This document shows positions 22,115 to 36,038 of a DNA stretch of 64,000 nucleotides, piece after piece (within the stretch, counting starts at the first letter, position 1; the number at the start of each line of letters is the position of its first letter). The notes beneath the pieces are model-generated. The model was not told the DNA's origin. It did no database searches and was given only the letters and a program-made list of their open reading frames with translations. Location: contig CM059432.1 in assembly GCA_030390025.1 (NCBI GenBank), positions 41,666,001 to 41,730,000 on the forward strand. The letters are read 5' to 3'. This DNA is from Squalus acanthias. Its lineage: Eukaryota. Position numbers and translations under genes: made by a program.

Positions 22115-22430
22115 AACTTGCATTTATATAACACCTTTTACTACCTCAGGATGTCCCAAAGTGCGTCACAGCCAATGAAAGACTTTTGAAGTGTAGTCAC
22201 TGTTGTAATGTAGGAAACGCGGCAGCCAATTTGCGTACAGTAAGGTCCCTCGAGCAGCAATGTGATCGTGACCAGATAATCTGTTTTCGTGATGTTGGTT
22301 GAAGGATAAATATTGGTTAGGACACCAGAGAGAACTCTCCTGCCCTTCTTCAAAATGGTGCCATTGAATCTTTTACGTCTTGAAAGGGCAGACAGGGACT
22401 CAGTTTAACGTTTCATCCAAAAGATGGTAC
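22115..22430 (-). mobile_element. Deu-domain SINE (SacSINE1/AmnSINE1-like), 3' part
   Basis: Minus strand ...GATGAAACGTTAAACTGAG...AAATTGGCTGCCGCGTTTCCTACATTACAACAGTGACTACACTTCAAAAG...ATATAAATGCAAGT; second copy at 51826-52140. Confidence 0.75.
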
Positions 22431-23148
22431 GCCCATAGAATCATAGAAATTTACAGCACAGGAGGAGGCCATTCGGCCCATCGTGTCTGTGCTTGCCGAA
22501 AAAGAGCTATCCAGCCTACTGTTTCCTAACATTGTGCTTCCCCTGGGTGTAAAAACTTTTATTTCTTGTAGTTCTTCTCCAAGGTGCAACCTGAGAGTCA
22601 GTATCACGAAAGTTGGTTAGCTATTCATGTTCTACAAGAGGGTCAAAAGACTGAGGTAGCCCTTGTCTTATAGCAGCTTGCTCTTGGCAGCATGTCGCTG
22701 TTGCTGCATCTCTGGAGCTTGTTCCTGGTCAGCCTGGTGTCAACTTATATGTTCCACTGACGTGGTGCTCTGATGGGGAAGGCATGTCCTGAGGGACAGC
22801 AGTATCAGGCAGGTCGATTCCACTGGTTCCTGGATCTGTGTCCCCACTGGTCAATGGGATGGCTGGTCTAATGACAGCTATCAGATCCTGAAAGACATGA
22901 GAGAGAGCAGCATGCAATGGCCACTGTGGTCTGGAAGCTGTTCTGCAGGCTGCTGTGTATTCTCTCCCCTATTACCGCAAGGGCTGCTGCTTGTGCTTCT
23001 GTGGAGGTGGAGGCACCGACTGGTCCCAGGCTGCTTCTTAGATGGGGGTCTGCTGCAGATTTTAGTGGTGACCTTAATCCATTTATTTTAGATAAGTGCA
23101 TTAACATTTCTTTGCTTGTCCCATACAGTGGTCAAGTTCAAAACCTAT

Positions 23149-24800
23149 GGCCGGAATTTTCCCAGTGCCAAGCATACGGGTTTGGGGGCAGGTCGGCAAT
23201 TAAAATCGTGGAAATTGACAGCGTGTTGAGAACCTGCCGTCATCTCGCCGACTTCCGCATTTAACTCGGGCGCATTTCAAGGCACGCCACGGACCCGCTC
23301 GGGAGAGGCGGGCGACCTCATTGAGGTACTTAACTGCTTGTTGAGAGACCCTTAACTGCCTTTTTAACATCAAGTTTTGGCTTTAACTTGTTGCGCATGG
23401 GATTCATGCTCTTCAGGAACCTCGCCTGTGAAGGGGAGGCAGAAGCTCAGTGGCCATTGTACGAGTCCATTAAGAAAAATCACATAAATACTCACACATT
23501 ACACCTGCTTCCTTGCCTTATATTGCAGACATTTGTAGCTTGCTGGAGCAAGACCTGCTGCCTACAGGACCTGGTGGACACGCCTTACCAGTGGCTCACA
23601 AAGTCACCACCGTCCTCAACTTCTTCGCCTCTGGCGCCTTCCAGGGATCTGCAGCAGACATTTGCAGGATCCCGCAGTTGGCAGCCCACAGAAGCATCAC
23701 CCAGGTGACCGATGCCATGTTTCACAAGTCAGCCAATTATGCAAACTTTGCCACTGATGAAGCCAGTGTTACTGAGTGGGCACTCGGATTTGCGGCTCTG
23801 GCTGGCTTCCCACAGGTGCAGGGCATCATCGACTGCATACATGTGGCCATCAAGGCACTCCCACATCACCCAGGGGTGTTTGTGAACAGCAAGGGCTTCC
23901 ACTCCCTCAATGTGCAGCTCGTCTACAACCATAAAAAGATCATCATGCATGTGTGTGCCAGATCCCTGGCAGCTGTCATGACTCTTTTGTGCTGCGCCAG
24001 TCCACCCTCCCTCAGCTCTTCGCACCTCCAAACAGACTTACCAGCTGGCTGCTTGGAGACAAGGGCTATCCACTGAAGACGTGGCTGATGACACCCTTGA
24101 GGAGGCCAAGTAATGAGGCTGAGGAGCGTGATAATGACAGTCACATGTCCACCAGATGTGTCATAGAGCAAGCAATCGGCATGATGAAGATGCGCTTCAG
24201 ATGCCTTGACAGATCTGGAGGAGCCCTTCAGTACACATCAGCCAGGGTCTCCAGAATCATCATCGTATGCTGCGCGCTGCACAACATAGCGCAGCAGTGA
24301 GGTTTGGTGGTGCAGGAGGAGCAAGGCACAGAGCACACAGCCTCTTCGGAGGAGGAGGAACAGGTGGAACATGAGGAGGAGGGACAGGTGGAACACGAGG
24401 AGGAGGAGGAACCTGAGGTGGAGGTGGCACCAGCAGCGGCGCACATTGCTGCCCGGGAGGTCTGGGATGGCCTCATAATGGGCAGATTTACTTAACTTGC
24501 ACCAGTGCACCCATACGGCTGCCAGATGCTGTACTAACCCACCCCCACCCACCCCCGCAACAACACCACAAAGCAGTCCTACAATGACCAAGCCATTCCT
24601 CTCACCCAAATCCCCATTGCTCGAGGTTAAGTAATGTCTCACCATTCACTCAGTGATAAAGCCACTTCCCAGGTAGCAGACAAAAATGGACAAGACGGGA
24701 AAGTGGTGTAAAGAAAGAAATTTATGTGAGTCATAAATATAACTGAAACTTAACATATCCTTGTGCATCTAGGATTGTGTCTTTTTTCATTTACGCATGC
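23149..24800 (+). mobile_element. Truncated PIF/Harbinger transposon with frameshifted HARBI1-like transposase (about 23513-24495)
   Basis: Left TIR GGCCGGAATTTT; motifs [59 protein letters not shown]. Confidence 0.9.
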
Positions 24801-24964
24801 TTCTACGAGGTGCTGAGTATTTTCAGCATTTTCTGTTTTTATTTCAGATTTCCAGCATCCGCAGTATTTTGCTTCAGAATTTTACAACTTGTTTTGTTAT
24901 AGCCGTTATCTTTTGCATCAGTGTGTGCTGTAAAAGACAGACACTGCATTTAGGATTTGGAAAA

Positions 24965-25250
24965 GGGTTGCATTTATATCCCACCTCATCATGTCTCTGA
25001 GAAATGTCTCAAATTGTTTCATATACAATGAATACTTGAAATGCAGTGACAGTTATATAGCAAAAGCTACAGCCTTTTTGTACACAAATGACAATGAACT
25101 TATTGGCCAACTGATCTGCTTTTGATGGTGTTGTTTAAAAGGGAGTAATATTGGCCAGGACAGAAAGCGAACTCCCTCCTCTTCTTCAAATAGGGCTATA
25201 TGATCTTTAATATCCACCTAGTTCACTGTAACAGGCAGATGGAGCAGTTA
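24965..25250 (-). mobile_element. Diverged Deu-type SINE
   Basis: Degenerate similarity to 22115-22430. Confidence 0.55.
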
Positions 25251-25580
25251 GAAAAGGCTTTGAGAGTGGTGGGCTATCTAAGTAGGTTGTTCAGTTCTGA
25301 TGCATTTATCAAAAGTATTCCTATACAAGTTTTGCCACCGCAATTATACATTGCAAATAAATACACACAACTTTAATTTCTTAAAGCAGGTAGTTACAGG
25401 TCACAGCAATGCTATAAATAGAATTTGGGCCCATTCCAAAATCTGCGTGAAACCCTTTCAAACCGGAATATCCAGCTACAAAGTGATTAAAATTGAATTA
25501 CCAAAAACCCCTCAATACTCTGACTTTTTGAATTTATGTACAATAACAAACACAAAATTGTAACTTTCTCTGAAAAGTGC

Positions 25581-25586
25581 TTTATT
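25581..25586 (-). promoter_or_regulatory. Probable TMEM67 polyadenylation signal
   Basis: AATAAA on the minus strand about 600 nt after the stop codon, in AT-rich unique sequence. Confidence 0.55.
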
Positions 25587-26186
25587 AAATTTATATATGA
25601 CATTGTATATAAACCAAAGATTGTTATTATGAACATTTCCTAACAAAGAACTCAAGATTCATAAATGTAAATTCAGTACAGTAGATTGTACCTGTTCTCC
25701 AATGTAATTTAGGAAAAAATGGTAGGGCATTAGTTTATGCCAATGAATTCCAACAGGCAACAGCAGAAGCTAAGCACTTTCCCAAGCGAGGAGGAATCGT
25801 CAGAAGGCCAGCATCTAAAGTTATTTTCAAGCATTTCCCATTGTCTGGTTACAGAACATTTGGTTGAAGAATGGTGCTTGGCATGAAAACAACAGAGAAA
25901 AGGTAAAGGAAGGGGGAGAAAAACTCAAATACATAAATATTCCTACTTATCAAATGACAAACTTGTCTAAAACATTAACATCATGATATAACTCAGAAAA
26001 TTAGGCAACACAACATTTATGAATACTGTAACAGCCTGTACTCACAACAAATGAAAACAATATCAACAGAACTATTTTTGTTTAGTGGCAAGTATGAGAA
26101 GCAAGTCCAAGAACAACAGAAGTTTTTAATAGTAGAGTTCCACTTGACATTTGTCCTCCTAATGAACCCCTAAGTTTCTCTGCATT

Positions 26187-26267
26187 TTAGAGGAGGAATC
26201 TTTCATCAACCAGTGTTTTTGCGGCCAAGTTCTTGCGTCCTACTGCATGCCGGATGAACTGAATAAT
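26187..26267 (-). CDS. TMEM67: Meckelin, last coding exon
   Basis: IIQFIRHAVGRKNLAAKTLVDERFLL*, matching the meckelin C-terminus (human ...[21 protein letters not shown], from recall); AAG acceptor. Confidence 0.93.
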   Translation of the reverse strand: MIQFIRHAVGRKNLAAKTLVDERFLL

Positions 26268-27771
26268 CTTGGAATTAGAAAGAAAAAATTAAAATTTTAG
26301 AGAAATGTTCAGAACTTTTAGATTTTTTTTCTCCCCTCTTCTCTGCAAGATTCCAACTTATGCTACAGTTCCACGAATACTGGTTGCTCTCTGGTACCTT
26401 GTTTGTGTGGTCAATTTTTACGCATTAGCCTAGACTTTGAGGGGCCAATTTTTCCTGTCCAATACTGTATGTCCTAGTCCCTGTGGCATTATGGACAGGG
26501 AATAGGGTGCTGCCAGGTTACTGCCCCTTTTGCTCAAGGCATTCATTTCCTGGGGCAAAAGGATGGGGCAGGGAAGTTCCCATTGGAAAAACAAATAGTT
26601 CACTAGCAATTTGTTCCCTTTAAGTTGTGTGGTCGTGCGGCGTTCTGAGGGTCCCACACAGCCGGCGAGCCGGCTTTTAAATAGAAACCCCCCCCCAAAA
26701 AATTAGAGGGAATATTTTTCACTGGAGGTCAATTTGGGTGTGTGCAAAATGTGCACCACCTAAATTACACTGGGGTGATCGGGGACATCGAAATCGGCTC
26801 CCCGAATCTTTACAGACCATAGAGCTCATTACAGCTAAGTTTAATTCTCTCATCATGCAACATATCCCCATCTCTCTCCCCCTACCTCCCACACACACTT
26901 TCCAGGAGTCACTGGATGACATGCAGCAGTGTCAACCATGGCTGATTTTTCTTGTCACTACTCCAGGGACAGTGAGCGCCCATGCCACTGCTCCAACTGA
27001 GATCTAATTTTTGGGAATTAAACTTGGGACTTTCCGAAAATATATGCATCAGTTCTACACTGGGCTACAAATTTATTACACAGGCCATTAGTAGAACCTC
27101 TTTGTGTTGTATAAAACAAATGAAAAAATTTGCCCATTTGAAAATTTCAACATTTCTGGTTCAAAAAATAATGGTTGACCTTTACATAAAATGGCATTTC
27201 CAAATAGAAAAATATCATTATATATATATATATATATATATCTTCTGCTCTGCCGCCGTAACTTTGGCAGAAACCCCATTTACGGCATCTGGTATCAGAG
27301 CAGGAGAAGGTCCAAGAAAATTCATGCTGGTGGTTTCTGTTGAGACTGTAATTTACATTTTCAGACAGAATTTAAAAAACAAAAGTAACACACACAAAGA
27401 CATTTCAGAACAAAATTGCAAATGCTTGAAATCTGAAAAACAGAAAATTCTGCAAATATACATGTCAGTATTTGTAAAGAGAAAAAGAGTTAACATGTCA
27501 GGTGTTAATCGTAGTCAGAACTGGCAAAACCATATGACCAAAATGTGAACAGATACTGACTAATCTGCTGTACACTTCCAGTATTTTCTGTTTTAGGAGA
27601 CAGTAAATAGCTGGGAACATATACTGGGTTATAATTCAATTTGTGAGGGATGATATTGGGGTTTACTTTCCTGGAGTCACAGTGGGAAATTATTTCTCAT
27701 GAACCCAGAAGAAACAAGTCTTAAGGCATTGCCCTGAGCCCTCTCTGTTCAGAGTATCAGAGAAGGATAGA

Positions 27772-28405
27772 CAGAAATAAAAACAGAAAATGGTGGAAAT
27801 ACTCAGCAGGCCAGGCAGCATCTGTGGAGAGAGAAACAGAGTTAACGTTTCAGGTCGATGACCCTTCGTCAGAACTGGAAAAAGCTGGAGATCGAACAGG
27901 TTTTTAAGCAAGTGCAGGGGCAGGGAAAGGGGGGAGGGGAGGAAAGAACAAAAGGGAAGGTCTGTGATAGGATGGAAGGCAGGAGAGATTAAGAGACATT
28001 AAGAGATGGTGCAAGGCAAAAGGAGATGGTAATGGGACAAGTTAAGAAAAAAAAAGATGGCTCTAGATGAAGTGTAAATGGCACTGGCAGAATAAAAGAC
28101 AGCTGCCATGTGGGAGAGAGAAAAAAATATATAAAAACAAATGATAAATAAAATAAATGGAAAAAAAAGGATAGGGGCAGAGGTTATGGTCTGAAATTGT
28201 TGAACTCTATGTTGAGTCCAGAAGGCTGTAAAGTGCCTAATCGAAAGATGAGGTGCTGTTCCTCGAGCTTACGTTGAGCTTCATTGGAACAGTGTAAGAG
28301 GCCGAGGACGGTGAGGTCTGAGTGGGAGTGGAGCGGAGAATTAAAGTGACAGGCGACCGGAAGCTCGGTGTCACCCTTATGGACTGAACGGAGGTGTTCA
28401 CAAGT
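27772..28405 (-). mobile_element. Penelope-like element 3' end (GIY-YIG C-terminus plus pLTR)
   Basis: Minus-strand KLEEQHLIFRLGTLQPSGLNIEFNNF; pLTR carries a hammerhead core. Confidence 0.75.
27840..27876 (-). ncRNA. Minimal type-I hammerhead ribozyme motif
   Basis: AGTT-CTGACGA-AGGGTCATCGACCT-GAAACGTT-AACT: stem I AGTT/AACT, stem II, palindromic ACGT. Confidence 0.65.
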
Positions 28406-29699
28406 AGAGCCACAATGGATTCTCTGCTTTCTTTTGTTATATGGAAGTTACCTTGTAAACTAATTGAGAGCACTTCTGTCTCTAATGTTAAAACACCATG
28501 TAAACCACCAAGCCTTTTTCTGAAAGTGGAATTGATAAGATAAATTGATAAAAATAAAATTGATATGAGTTGCTGTTTCAAGCACTCGAGAAGGGAAAAT
28601 CTAACTGAAGTTTAAGGGAATAGTCAAATTTTCATTGAAAGAAACTGGTTGGAAAGCAGTTTAGGTGGTCCTGCCAATTGCTGTGTATCAAGAGAAAAAG
28701 GTTTTGGGGAAATAAAATTGAACATTGACAAAACCAGTCAGTCCAACAATACTGCTGTTTGGTTTTGGGATAAGTTTGAAATGACAAAATGGACTCGGGC
28801 ACAATATAACGGGTTATAAAGAATGAAAATAATGTGTTAATAACTTGGACCAAGTGGGAATGTTTGATCTATGTTTTCTATCTTTAATATTGTATTGGAC
28901 AGTAAAGTTCTTCCAGGGCTCATGAATGAGATATGAATAGTGATTAATGGGAAGCCCCACTTAAGATGTAAGATAGAAACAGGAAATGTTTCATTACACC
29001 ACTAAATGGGAATCATTTTTCTTGGGTAAATTGGCATAAATCACCTGGGTGCAATCTGGTATTAATGTATATTCTAGTGAAAGTGTAGTAAAGAATAGTA
29101 AATTGATAGCTTTCTCTTGGAGAGGTTTGAGTCCTTGCCTATGAACCTTTTTAGAAAACTGCATTTGATAGACCGGCCACTACCTGAGACATCAGGTCCA
29201 TGCAGAGGGAGATGAGCAAAGATCTCCAGATGACTACGATCTTTTGATGAGATCACCTGAAAGCCCAAGAATGGCTTGTATTGGATGGCACGTGTGGCAT
29301 GATATTGAGATACTGGTTTGTGTGTGCAGATGTGATTTGTTATGTGTGAAGTAATCAGCATGCAGGAATGCATGGAGAATTTGCACAGAAGAACAGGCCT
29401 CAGACACGCTCAGTTACTTGACAACAACAAGACATGAAATGGTTAATGTGGCTCAGGAGAGTGAGACAGCTTTTAAAGCACTGACACATACTCCATTGAG
29501 AAACTATCTAATTAATGATACAATCAGGATAGAGTTAAACACACTGGTACCTGTCAGAGGGATTAACATTTAAGTAAAAAGTTATATGGAATTTGGATTG
29601 GGACAATTGAGGACTAAGCAGAAATAAATTTAGTAAGAATTATCCACAAAATGGATACGAGTAAAAGAGATCTAGAGAATCTTTTAAATCTACGATTTA

Positions 29700-30652
29700 T
29701 TGATTGGAGTTTAACTGTAGCTTTCTTTACAAAGAGAAGGAAATGTGTTCAGCTCTCTTCGAATACAGAGCCCCAGTTATCTCCCTTATGCAACAATGCA
29801 CAGCAAAATGGGAGATGTTGCAAATATCTCTTGCTCCAGTCTGGAAGAAGCCCGACGCATAGAAGTGCATGGCTACTGTGATCTTCACAGCCACTGGCAA
29901 TACAGTCCTCGCCCTGCTCTAAGGTTGCAGTTGTGGCTGCAGCAGGTGGCAGATTTCAGTGAGGACGTCCTTGGTGAAGTGCAGATGAAAGACATACTGT
30001 TCCTCGCTGAGGTTCAGGTAGGAGTATTGCTCCCTGAACACCCTGGGCAGATATGGCCTCCTGCTGAGAGCCCTTCTTCCCCTCCTCCTCCTCCCTCTGC
30101 CAGCAGCTTGTCCTGCTCTGTGTCACCTCTGCTCGTTCTCCCTGCCATCCTGCAGGCCAAGTGGAACGCCTACTACTGCACCCATGTCTTGGAGCAAGTG
30201 GTCTGTGCAGAATCCTTGAAATCACGACAAAGTCCTTTAGCACTTGACACACCACTCCCTGTAGACTTTAGCAACTTGAAATACCGGTACAAACCACCAA
30301 ACACTTCTACAAATGCAACAACAGCCAGTAGAAATCAATCAGCAACTAACCTGCAAGTAGATTTAAATGGTGGAGGGTCCTTCCTGCTGCTGAATGTGTG
30401 TTCAGCTGTGTGTGTTTAAGAAAGCGTTAGCTGGCGTGTTGAGTTCCAAAATGGCAGCGCTGGCGTCAAATTAGCATTGCACACTGATTGACGTCATGAT
30501 CTGCCTACTCTGCATACTTCTGGCACATGCACCCACGCTAACGCCCTACCCAAGATGGCTTCCGGTGCAGCGTGTGCCATGGACATCACTTTGGAACCAA
30601 AATGGCACCTGTAGCCCAAACAATGGGCGCTGTGGAGCCGAATTTTATGGCC
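29700..30652 (-). mobile_element. Degraded Harbinger transposon end with transposase N-terminus
   Basis: Minus strand RRPYLPRVFREQYSYLNLSEEQ resembles 63280-63100; TIR-like GAATTTTATGGCC ending at 30652. Confidence 0.6.
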
Positions 30653-30654
30653 AT

Positions 30655-31190
30655 CGTGTTTGACTAACTTGACTGAGTTCTTTAATTAAGTAACGGAGAG
30701 GGTTGATGAGGGTAGTGCAGTTGATCTTGTGTATACGGACACTCAAAAGGCGTGCCTTTTGAAAGTCCATATACACAAGATTAACTGCACTACCCTCATC
30801 AACCCTCTCCGTTAGACATAATAGACTTGTTAGCAAAATTAAAACACATGGGATTAAAGGGACAGTGGCAGCGTGGATATGAAATTGGCTGAGGGACAGA
30901 AAGCAGAGAGTAGTGGTGAACGGTTGTTTTTCAGCAGTGTTCCCCAGGGGTCGGTATTAGGAGCACTGTTCTTTTTGATTTATATTAACGACCTGGACTT
31001 GGGTATACAGGCCATAATTTCAAAGTCTGCAGATGACACAAAACTCGGAAATGTAGCAGTTAATTTGGATGATAGTAACAGACTTCAGGAGGACATAGAC
31101 AGACTGGTAAAATGGGCAGACACATGGCAGATGCAATTTAATGCAGAGAAATGTGAAGTGATAGGTTTTGCAGGAAACATAAAACATAGG
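30655..31190 (+). mobile_element. CR1 RT fragment containing a fold-back inverted duplication
   Basis: VPQGSVLG, ADDTKL motifs; inverted repeat at 30691-30814. Confidence 0.8.
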
Positions 31191-31273
31191 ATACAGTAAG
31201 GTAATTGGATGCAAGGTAAGACTTCTAAAGGGACTGGCCTCCTTTGATTTTCCTGCTTGCATTACTGATGTTA

Positions 31274-31474
<201 letters not shown>

Positions 31475-33183
31475 TTAGTGTTAACACAAAGTAAATAAAC
31501 TGCATCATTAAAATATCTTTAAGAACCTGTGACGATTAGAGATCTGCCTTGTTTCAAATCATAAATGTTACGTTTTTGATATTTCGTAATGCAATTTAGA
31601 TAGCTGATGACCACTTTAATCTGTGTGTGTATCCAAAATACACGTAATTTGTCTCACTTCAAAGTGACGGATGAGTCACTTCTGTCCAGGTGGACTGCTT
31701 AATGATAGTTGCTAAGTCCACATAGCTGTCAGAAACTTGTAATATTGATTATCTGACTGCAAGAAAGATGCAGAGCTAACCAAAGGAAAGCTAATCTCGC
31801 TTTCTAAGCACTGGGTGCAACAGTTTCGCTCAAATCTAGCCTTCTCTACAATTATCAATGTCACCCAGGAGAAATATTTATATCAGGGTAGACAAGCTCT
31901 CAACTGGAGTGCTTCATCACCAATGTTCACTTTAATTTTTTTTTGGCTGCCAGGCCCCTTTAAGGGACTTTGTGACCCATTCAAAAGTATTTTTTCCTAT
32001 TTAAAAGCCGGTGATCCAGCTGCGTGGGAGATGCAGAGCGCTGCGCCGCTGCATGGGGAGCATTGTTCATTACCCCTCAGAATAAAATTTTAATTTGATT
32101 AAATTTCATTTTGGTTAATTTACAGTTTATGGGTTGTGCCCCATTAAGATAGTAAGACAGGTAGTTAACAGGCAGTTTTTTGGCTAATCCTTATTTTTAG
32201 CCCTGAAGTGTGGGCTGCCCGACGGCTCCAAACCACGCCAAGTTAGCGAGGCGGACCGTCGGTCTGCAGGGCTTGGAGGGGTCGAGATGTCCGGTGTACA
32301 GGTGAGTGATGGGTGCATGAGTGCAGAGGTAAGTGTGTTTGGTGTGTGTAAAGTGTTTTAATAAGTTTTACTTACCTTTACTTTCTCCTCCAGGCTTCCT
32401 CCCTTCAGTTCTTGGGAGTCCCTCAGCTCACCGGCACAGAAAGCAGAATGGCCGCTGAGCTGTCAAAAGCTGTAGCCTCTGCTTTCTGGTCTGGAGAACG
32501 CTCTAGCTGAGTCTGAGTAGAAGGACTCAAGTTAGAAGACAGATTGTCAGTGTTTGACAGCTTCACAGAGCTGTCAAACGCTGATATTTCATCTGTCAAA
32601 AGCTCTTGACAGATGAAATGTCAATCGCTGACGTCACCAGTATCCAGGTGTCCCTTAATTGGCTTGCTGAGCCCGCTGGGTGGGCTTAACAAGGTCAATC
32701 AAGGGAAAGTAGCGTGGGTTGGCCACAAATCGATGGAGGCGGGACTACAACCCAAAAAGTGGGAGTCCCGCCTCCATCACGTCCCCATTGACAAAATCGA
32801 ACCCAATGAGTCTGTATCACTGGGTGAGACTAATAACATTTGTCAGAATAGCAACAGACAGATTTTGACTCCCAAGACGAGCTGTGCTCTTGTGGCTGAG
32901 AAATTATTATTTTGTTACTTGATCTAACAGTCTATTTGTCCAGTTGTGATGTTATAACTAAGTTTATTGCAGGACAAGATATTTGAAAATAAAACTATTT
33001 CCATCACTAGTTCACCTTATGATAAGCAACTGCAACCTTCAGTAGGATTAATATCCAAAGATATTAAATCAAATGAAATTAAATCAAAGTATTTGGTCCA
33101 AACGTCTTTTTTCTTACACCAGTTACCCAAGTTATCTCTTTCAGTGATAGAACATGAATTGATTATATCCTGTTAAAATGTTA

Positions 33184-33450
<267 letters not shown>

Positions 33451-36038
33451 TCACATGAAAATTATATTTGTATAAAAAGAAAGAGCTGCAAATACTTGAA
33501 ATCTGAAATAAAAACACAAACAGAAATAAAAACTGGGGTTTTCCAATCCCTGTAAAACTAGAATTGGAAAATCAGTCTGCAGCTTAGCACTTGTTGTGGC
33601 ACAATTTTCTGATTTAGGCCCCTCTTCTTAATTTGAATAGGCTCTCTGCACATGGAAAACTTAATGGAGTCAAGTCTGGAAGCTAATTGGCTGCAAATTG
33701 AAAAATTGGGCCAATCATCTACTCTTAAATGGCTGCGGGACGTCCTTAATGGGAACAGGGGTGGGGGGTACTTCAAGATGCAGTGATACTATGATCACAC
33801 TTTCAAAATAACACCGTGGGAGATCATCTTGCAGGAGGTGTGGTGAAGGGGTGGAATGCCACCCACCTCTTAAAGCAGGGGCCCATGCTGCCTAGGAATA
33901 GGTTTTAGGGCAAATGAATTCAGCCTTCCAGGTTTTGCTATACCTAGAAGCAAATGAGAAAGTACAGTGGTATGAAAAGTAATGCCAACGTAAGTGTGGG
34001 CACCTTTGCATATATTTGTATTATTTCTTTACACAAAGAAAGCACAGCCCCAATGTAATTAGCCATTACTTGCATCCGAGGGAGAAACATGCATGTATTC
34101 CACAGAAGTTATATGATACAGTGTTGGCGGGGGCCAAATGTTTCATGTACAGAGCTCTTGATGATCAACTATAAAACAGCCAGGTCTGGAAAAACACTAT
34201 GGGAACTCAGGGGTGGTGTTTCTTCTGCTCTTTCACTTACTAACATCTGCTAAAAGGAAAAGGCTGCCCACAACCATTGGGAGTGAACCAGGATAGGAGG
34301 TGGGGCAACAGCAGAAAGACTGCACCTTGTACAGCAGCAGTTAAGACTGCAGGCAATTAATTGTTGGCCAAATGCAGGCTGCAGCAAAAAGGACCAAAAA
34401 TGAAGGCAACGATAAGCATGTGAATTGTACAATACATCAGCACGTAAATGTCTAGTCCCCAAAAATCATTAGTTGGTTTCCAAATGCAACCTTGATTTAA
34501 GAGAATATATAAAGCAGGCCAAAAAAGTCTCCTTGAGAAGCACACTTGGGTCTTGCTCAACCTCAAGAAAATCAGCAGTGGTCCTCATATAAATAATTAT
34601 ATTATGTAAAGTGGGGTTTCACATATCTACAGCAATGCCCACTTTTCTTTCATAAATTATCTGTTGGAAAAATCAGACATAGAAAATGCAGCCCGGAATT
34701 TCAGAGGCTGCATTTCCTGACCTGTGCCTGCCACCAGCAAGGCATTTTCTGTGTGCAGTGCTTCGGAAAATTTACTCCCAAAACAGCATTTTTTTGTTTT
34801 TATTTCAAAATTATTTTCATATATCTTGAGATTATTTAGTGATAATTCAGTCACAATTTCATAGAATCATAGAATGGTTTCAGCACGGAAGGCCATTCGG
34901 CCCGTCGAGCCCGTGCCGGCTCTCTGCAAGAGCACCTCAGCTAGTCCCACTTACCTGCCCTTTCCCCGCAGCCCTGAAAATGTTTTTCTTTCAGGTACTT
35001 ATCCAACTCCCTTTTGAAAGTCATGATTGAGTCTGCCTCCACTACCCTTTCCAGCAGTGCATTCCAGATCCTAACCACTCGCTGCATAAAAAAGTTTTTT
35101 CTTATGTCGCCTTTGTTTTTTTTGCCAATCACCTTAAATCTGTGTCCTCTGGTTCTCAACCCCTCTGCCAATGGGAACAGTTTCTATCTACACTGTACAG
35201 ATCCCTCATGATTTTGAACACCTCTATCAAATCTCCTCTCAATCTTCTCTGCTCCAAGGAGAACAACCCCAGCTATTTCCAGTCTATCTACGTAACTGAA
35301 GTCCTTCATCCATGGAATCATTCTTGGAAATCTTTTCTGCACCCTCTCTAAGGCCTTCACATCCTTCCTAAAGTGCGGTGCCCCGAATTGGACACAATAC
35401 TCCAGTTGAGGCTGAACCAGTGTTTTGTACAGGTTCATCATAATTTCCATGCTTTTGTATTCTATACCTCTATTCATGAAGCCCAGGATCCCGTAAGGTT
35501 TTTTAACTGCTTTCTCAACCTGCCCTGCTACCTTCAATGATTTGTGCACATATACACCTAAGTCTCTCAGTTCATGCACCCACTTTAGGATTGTACCCTT
35601 TAGTCTATATTTCCTCTCCTCATTCTTTCTACCAAAATGTATCACTTCGCATTTTTCTGCGTTAAATTTCATCTGCCACGTGTCCGCCCATTCCGCTAGC
35701 CTGTCTATGTCCTCTTGAAGTCTATCACTATCTTCCTCACTGTTCACTATACTTCCAAGTTTTGTTGCATCTGCAAATTTTGAAATTGTGCCCTGTACAC
35801 CTACATACATGTCATTAATATATATATCAAGAAAAGCAGTGGTCCTAGAACCGACCCCTGGGGAACACCACTGTATACCTTCCTCCCCTCCGAAAAACAA
35901 CCGTTCACAACTCCTCTCTGTTTCCTGTCACTTCGCCAATTTCGTATCCATGCAGCCTCTGTTACTTTTATTCCATGGGCTTCATCTTTGCTGGCAAGCC
36001 TATTATGTGGCACTTCCTCAAACGCCTTCTGGAAATCC

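Noticed and set aside
23513..24495. Host HARBI1 gene
   Set aside because: Frameshifted, adjacent to a TIR, and one of several related copies in the window: a transposon relic.
26982..27548. 188-aa plus-strand ORF and an exon-like minus-strand stretch at 27240-27345
   Set aside because: It spans a (TA)n microsatellite and a Penelope-type remnant, shows no recognisable homology, and has no GT donor at the apparent boundary. The flanking TMEM67 exons already join in phase without it.
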